Positions 58,125-64,000 of a DNA stretch of 64,000 bases are shown here, in pieces. Under the pieces are notes generated by a model. It was given only the letters and a program-made list of their open reading frames with translations. It was not told the origin of the DNA and did no database searches. The DNA comes from Balanoglossus misakiensis. Taxonomy: Eukaryota; Animalia; Hemichordata. Location of the stretch: the NCBI GenBank assembly GCA_040954595.2, contig CM082588.2, forward strand, positions 9,532,844 to 9,596,843, read 5' to 3'. The position numbers and the translations under genes are program-made. Numbering within the stretch: the first letter of the stretch is position 1; each line of letters begins with the position of its first letter.

Positions 58125-61100
58125 AGGTCCCATTGGTATGTACCATGGGACCTTATGGGATTGATTGCGTCTGTATGTATGGATGGATGTATGGATGGAT
58201 GTATGTCTGTATGTCCGTCCACATCAACAACTTGAAAACCACAGCGCGTATGACCTTGATATTTGGTGTGTAGATGCAGGCAGGGCTGTAGATGGGAGTT
58301 TGTTCAAATGAAGTTGTCATTGCCAAAAATATGCAAATTAGCTGGGAAAATGTGACAAAACTCGGTAACTCAACAACCACTGGTCATATTGATTTGAAAA
58401 TTGGTATGCATGTACCTTATATCAACCTCATACAGTCCTGTATGTTTTGAGCTAATATTATCGATTTCCTATTTTTTATGCATTTTTTTTTATTTTTCCA
58501 TGTTATTCAATAAAAAGTCTTCATTTCTCAAAGTGATGGGCTTACTTCTTTGAAATTTAGTATGAAGCTTCCTAAAATATTGATATAGCTGACGCTTTTA
58601 ATTCTTTTTTTGTCAACATTGGACAAAATCTAGCATCACAAATACATTGTAGCACTAATTTCAATGATTACCTTGGTATTCGTCATTTTAATTCTTTCTT
58701 TTTCCATCCTGTGCATTCTGGTGATATACTCAGAGAAATTAATTTATTAGACCATTGTAAAGCTGCTGGTTTTGATGAAATATATCCAAAACTTGTAAAG
58801 GAAGCAGCTGATTATATTACAGAACCATTTGCTCATATTGTTAATATTTCCTTGTCACAGGGTATTTTTCCAGAGAAACTGAAAATGGCAAGAGTAACAC
58901 CAATTTTTAAAAAGGGCTGTGTTCATGAAATAGGAAACTACAGACCTATCTCTGTCTTGCCAATATTTAGTAAGCTGTATGAGTCTATTGTAAATAAGCA
59001 ACTGTGTTCTTTTTTCGAAAAATTTGATATTCTCACTAACAGCCAATATGGATTTCGTAAGAAATATAGTACTAAGTTAGCTTTAGCAGATCTCACAACT
59101 GAAATATCAAAGCACATTGATAACGGTCTTGTTACCATTGGTATCTTTATTGATTATAAAAAGGCATTTGATACGATTAACCACACAATTTTGTTAGCTA
59201 AGCTATGCCACTATGGGATTAGGGGATCCACACTTAATTGGTTTAAGACTTATATAGAAGACCGACAGCAGTATGTCAAGGTCAATAATTGCACTTCAAA
59301 AGCGAAAAGGATCTCCTGTGGGATTCCACAGGGATCAATTCTAGGTCCACTTCTTTTTTTAGTATATATAAATGATATCTGCAGTTCCTCAGACTATTTT
59401 CAATTCAGGTTATTTGCTGACGATACCAATTTATTTTGTTCAGATAAGCAGGACAAAATTGATCTTGCCACTCTGAATGTTGAGCTAACTAAAGTACAGA
59501 CCTGGTGTAAGTCAAATAAACTTACTATTAATATTGACAAAACAAACTATGTTATTTTCAAAACAGCCCAGGCGAAGTTTAAGCCTGAGGGAGATTTATA
59601 TGTCTCTGATTTACCATTACATAAAGTTTCTTCTGCTATTTATCTTGGAGTTACTCTTGACTCATCATTATCCTGGAAGTCTCACATCAACATTATCTTT
59701 AAGAAGGTTAGCCAAAAAATCGGTATTATTTCATATGTACGCCATTATCTCCCTAAGTCTATAATTTTATTATTATACAATTGTCTTATCCTTCCCCATA
59801 TAATGTATTGTATCGAAATATAGGGAAATGCGTATAAAACCTATTTAGATTGTATTTTCAAATTGCAAAAGAGACTTGTAAGACTTATAACATTTTCTAG
59901 CCCCAATACACATAGCGCACCACTTTTTCAGCAACTTGGAATTCTTATTGTTTACAAACTCTGTAAATTTCAAACTTGTGTTTTTGCGTATGATCTAAAG
60001 GCAGGGCATTACGCCCACTCACTAGATCGCTATGCTTCATTTGTATCACACAAATATTTTACAAGATTTGCCTCTACTGATAAGTTTACGCTTCCCAAAG
60101 TAAAACTTACTTCATCTCAAAATAATTTATACTATTCTATTGCCAGGCATTGGAATGAAATTCCTACACAAATAAAATCAATTCAATCAAGGAACTTATT
60201 TAAAAGCTCTCTGAAAATGTATCTGTTGAGCATAGATTAATTTAACCTCTTTTATAAACCTGTTTACTTTGTCACCGCGTTGTTTGACTACCAACTATTG
60301 TTTTGTGATATGAATTGGCAATTATATTAATTGTTTCAATGATTTGTATGTATTTAGGGCCAGGGACACGACTAGTTCCACTAGAACTACTTCCCTGGTC
60401 CGCACCAGTTATGTAAAATGCATCTTTCTGGTGAAATAAAACTATCTATCTATCTATCTATCTAATGGTTGTCTGAGTAACCATAGTTTTGTTCAAATTG
60501 TTGCAAAATTTGCATATTTATTATTTTGAGCAATATTTGCCATATTTGGTCAATTTTTTTTTTCCTTAAAACCGCATGCCAGATGGCTTTGCAATTTGGT
60601 AGGCATGTTCGTAGGGGTAACCTAAGTAATATGCTGTAAAAAAAATTGATATCTGCATAAATGTGTTATCGGGGAAACTTTTGCAATTTTTGTCAATTTT
60701 TTTTTTGTCTGAAACTGCTTGTCATATTGCATTGAACTTTGGCAGCATGTTCCTTGTAGTGATTGAAGTAAGATTTGCAAAATTTTGGTGATATTTGCAT
60801 ATTTGTGTTTTTGCCACTTTTGAACAAATATTTTCTGTGAAACTGCTTGTTGGATTGCTTTGAAATTTGTTTTTTCTCTGATTGCTTTGAAATTTAGGAT
60901 ATAATTTCATAACACATGTGTCTGTTCCAGGGCTGACTGAAAGAAGTTTCTTCTCATTTGTGTTTGTACAGACAATTTTTGGTCAATTTTTTTTCTAGCA
61001 TCAGTTGTAAGACTGCCATGACACATAACAGTTTATTGGGCATGTTCCTTATTAATTTTTTTACATTCCATATTTCTATATGGTAAGATCATATCTGATA

Positions 61101-61181
61101 GCAATGTCACCTGTAATTTTTATCTGGTGTGTCACTGTTTCCGCATAATCCTCAAATGGGACCACAGTGTCCTTGACGCTA
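58125..61181 (-). mobile_element. Longer copy of the Helentron/HINE-like element, interrupted by LINE copy 2
   Basis: Terminal hairpin AGGTCCCATTGGTATGTACCATGGGACCT at 58125. The opposite end AATGGGACCACAGTGTCCTTGACGCTA lies at ~61155-61181. Both ends are flanked by T-runs. Degenerate internal repeats (…TTTGGTA.GCATGT.C…) are present. Confidence 0.7.
58574..60464 (+). mobile_element. 5'-truncated CR1/L2-group LINE (copy 2)
   Basis: Nearly identical to 54581-56455, with a TGG>TAG nonsense change at 59821. Tail AATAAAA(CTAT)n. Confidence 0.92.
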
Positions 61182-63657
61182 TTTTTTTTCATTTTGATGC
61201 TTGAAATGAGGTAAAATCTGTTGTTGAGATTAGCATTCCAATGGCGCTTGGGTGAAGACGTTTGCTGGTGAAGCTGCGCCACCTAAGTCTAATTTGCAAG
61301 TCTTTCTACCCGCTTTCTCAGCCGTTACCCCTTCTAGTAGTTTCATAATTTTATTGGTATTTTAAAAATGTTTTCCTGTTTTTTTTGTTTACTTTTTTAT
61401 TTATTTTTTTACTTTTTGTTGATTGTAATGCTGTATGGCGTACCAGTCATTTCAGTACTTTTACTATTTTATTACCATTACGAATAGTCAGAATACAGGG
61501 ATGATGCCGTTATGGCGTTAGCCATTCACAATATATGTGACAGCTGGGTTGACATAGCTATATAAAGTGCTGTAGACACAGTGACGTGACATAGCCTGAA
61601 ATGTATGCCTGTCCTATCACTGCATGTATAGGATCGTGGACATGGGTTTGAATACAGAACTGTAATATAGTCTGAATGATTTTTTTCTCTCCAATATACA
61701 CACAATTCTGCCTGTAGAGGCTACATTGGCCCAATTTTCTAAAATATATCTCTTGAAATACAATATCTACTCAACATGTCATGATTTACTGTATACTTAT
61801 GACAGTCACACCTAGGCGACTCCACTGAAGTCTCTGGATAATAAGCGGACACGCGAACATGCATTAAATACACGTAAACTCCTCGACTGTGATTTACACG
61901 AAAAGCCGAAACGGCGGAGGGAATCACCATCAATCACCCAACACTCACGCAGGGCAGCGATCTGCAGTAGAAAAAATAATGCCAATCGGCATGGCAAAGT
62001 AACACTTAAAATTTACATGTCCATACATTTATGAGACGCATGTGCTGAATGGTACTGTGTCCCGGAAGCTTGAATTGCCTGATTAATAATTAAAACATGC
62101 AAATATACCACAGCCTCTTATGGCAATTCAGAAACTATCGCTCTAAAAGGACCATGGTTGCGACAATATTTGCCAAAAAGCTGTATAAACTGTAGCTCAT
62201 GATAATTCCTGACTTTAACGCGATCTGGTAGAAAAGTGTTTGCTTGTTTGTTACTTGATTGTGGTGGAGTGTTATTTATTTGCTAGCGACTAAAAAAACA
62301 TTCTGAGCTATAAATTAAGTGTGTTGAGTGGTTTCTGTCAAAGTCTATACCCGTAAAGCCAATATAACAAACAGTATTTAATCTTTTAGACTCATAGTAA
62401 ATTGCTTCTGATATGTACCTGTACATATCAAGCTGAACAGACAGCATGTCAATAAACTTCAAACTAAACCATCAGAATATCAAAAACAACAATACCTAGG
62501 GAATAGTCACAGAAACCTAATTAATGGAAGGTCAAACTTATGACTTTTATAGTGGTCTTGTGTGGACAGGGATGTCATTTACACTTCTTTACTTAGTACA
62601 TGAGTGAGTGTGAACACGCTGATATTAATAACAATTCAATCGATGTTGGCTAATAGGAACAATAGTAAACGTTTAAGTTTTAATACAATAAGTATGAATT
62701 AACTTGAGCGGTGCTGATAACAATTACACACTGGAGGCTGGTACACATGGAGTCTCACTGACTCCAACATGTAATCAGATACAGGTGAAGGCCATTCTCT
62801 ATAAGAGCAATAAAATATCTGACAGTTTTATGACAGCTGGTCAATATTTGCCTTAAAATGTTTGCCAACGTGGTTCTTATATACTCCCTTTCTTATCAGT
62901 ACGTGTGTGGTGGGTCATGTGTCAATTGCCCTTGCATAAAATCTCAAGAGATGCCACTTTTGCATTATTTTCATGATTTTATTTTACAACTTAAATTGGT
63001 CTATCTTAATATGTCATAATGTCATACAACAACAGCAAGGGACTCTTTTTGGAACTGTCTTTTCGACAAAATGAGCATTACTGTTTCTACAACACTTTAC
63101 AACTCAAATGATCTTGCCTTCATTGCTAATATTTTAGGAGATAGAATTTACATGGTTGACTACCAGGAGTCTGGTGAACAAGCAACTCTTCAAGAAAATG
63201 TGCTGGACCTTGTACAAATATGCCTTGCGAACTGAATTTAGTACCGTGAAATGCTTCTTGTCGGAAGCCATCTTATATAATTTAGTATAGTAGTACCTCT
63301 GCAATTTAATGTGTTGATGTAACTCTTCTCATTTCGAGGAGGAATAAAGGAACAACAACAACAACAAAAACAACTCCAAACAGCATGCTAATATACCCTT
63401 ACTTCACTTGTCAACATTGCCTGTGGGTGTGTAATGCTATCACAGATTTTACTACTTTTACAAGCAAATATGCAACTTGTCTTCAAAATATGTGTTTATT
63501 GAATATATTTATTTATTTATTTATTTAGAGTCAAATGTTTTTGGTGACATTTGAATATTTAGTGGAAGGTATTTTATACATAAATTGTGGGTTCCAACAT
63601 ATTGTTGGGAGTAGCACAAGAAACTTCAGTGGCCACATAGAATTAATTTTCAACCTT

Positions 63658-63808
63658 CAGTAAAACCTGTCAAAACCAAACCCTGTCTAATCTTGAAACC
63701 TGTCTATACTGAACACCGTTTCAGTCCCTTCGACATAGAATCACATATTAAAAGAACCTTTACAATTTCTTCAGTGCCTTCAGTGTTCTGTTCAGACAGG
63801 TTTTACTG
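63658..63808. mobile_element. Tc1/mariner-pogo-type MITE (151 bp)
   Basis: TIR CAGTAAAACCTGTC…GACAGGTTTTACTG followed by TA. The left flank is TT (degenerate). Confidence 0.65.
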
Positions 63809-64000
63809 TAGTTAATATCCCAAATGTCATAGCAGCTGCCCCTTTAAAACAAATTCTTTTCAAAAAATGTGTTTCTAATAGATTTGGTCAGGTGGAAAGG
63901 TATGTCACACACTGTTTGCACTGAACACTGAAGTGGTTGCCATTTTATTGACACAAATTGAATGACACGATGCATCACATTAGACTTACGGGTAAACCAT

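Noticed and set aside
63139-63240. Possible exon after tttag (DRIYMVDYQESGEQATLQENVLDLVQICLAN*)
   Set aside because: No recognisable domain, no partner exons found and an early stop; this is not enough support.

Overview
Eukaryotic animal DNA: AT-rich, with GT-AG introns and a TE repertoire that suggests a marine invertebrate, possibly a hemichordate, amphioxus or echinoderm (the taxon is inference). Two host genes can be rebuilt by hand. (1) A 12-exon + strand gene (6095-14687, about 569 aa) encodes a secreted protein: signal peptide, then GWRRRRRRRC poly-arginine, a TSP1 domain, an atypical EGF and 11 exon-encoded EGF repeats (10 calcium-binding type), with no TM segment or catalytic domain. 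(2) A 6-exon - strand type-I membrane C-type-lectin/mucin-stalk gene (42821-47820) carries two apparent inactivating lesions. There is also a deleted C1q/collagen pseudogene and a C-lectin fragment. Most of the rest is nested transposable elements: Kolobok-like (TTAA, THAP relic), Harbinger-like, 9-bp-TSD TAG-ended and CACTA/EnSpm-like DNA elements, Helentron-like elements, a non-autonomous BEL/Pao element, and a chromodomain Gypsy that is scrambled by a 2.6-kb inversion and interrupted by a non-coding LTR element. A ~530-bp satellite, a full-length Tx1/L1 LINE and three copies of a young CR1/L2-group LINE are also present. No rRNA, tRNA or CRISPR was seen. All boundaries were read by eye.
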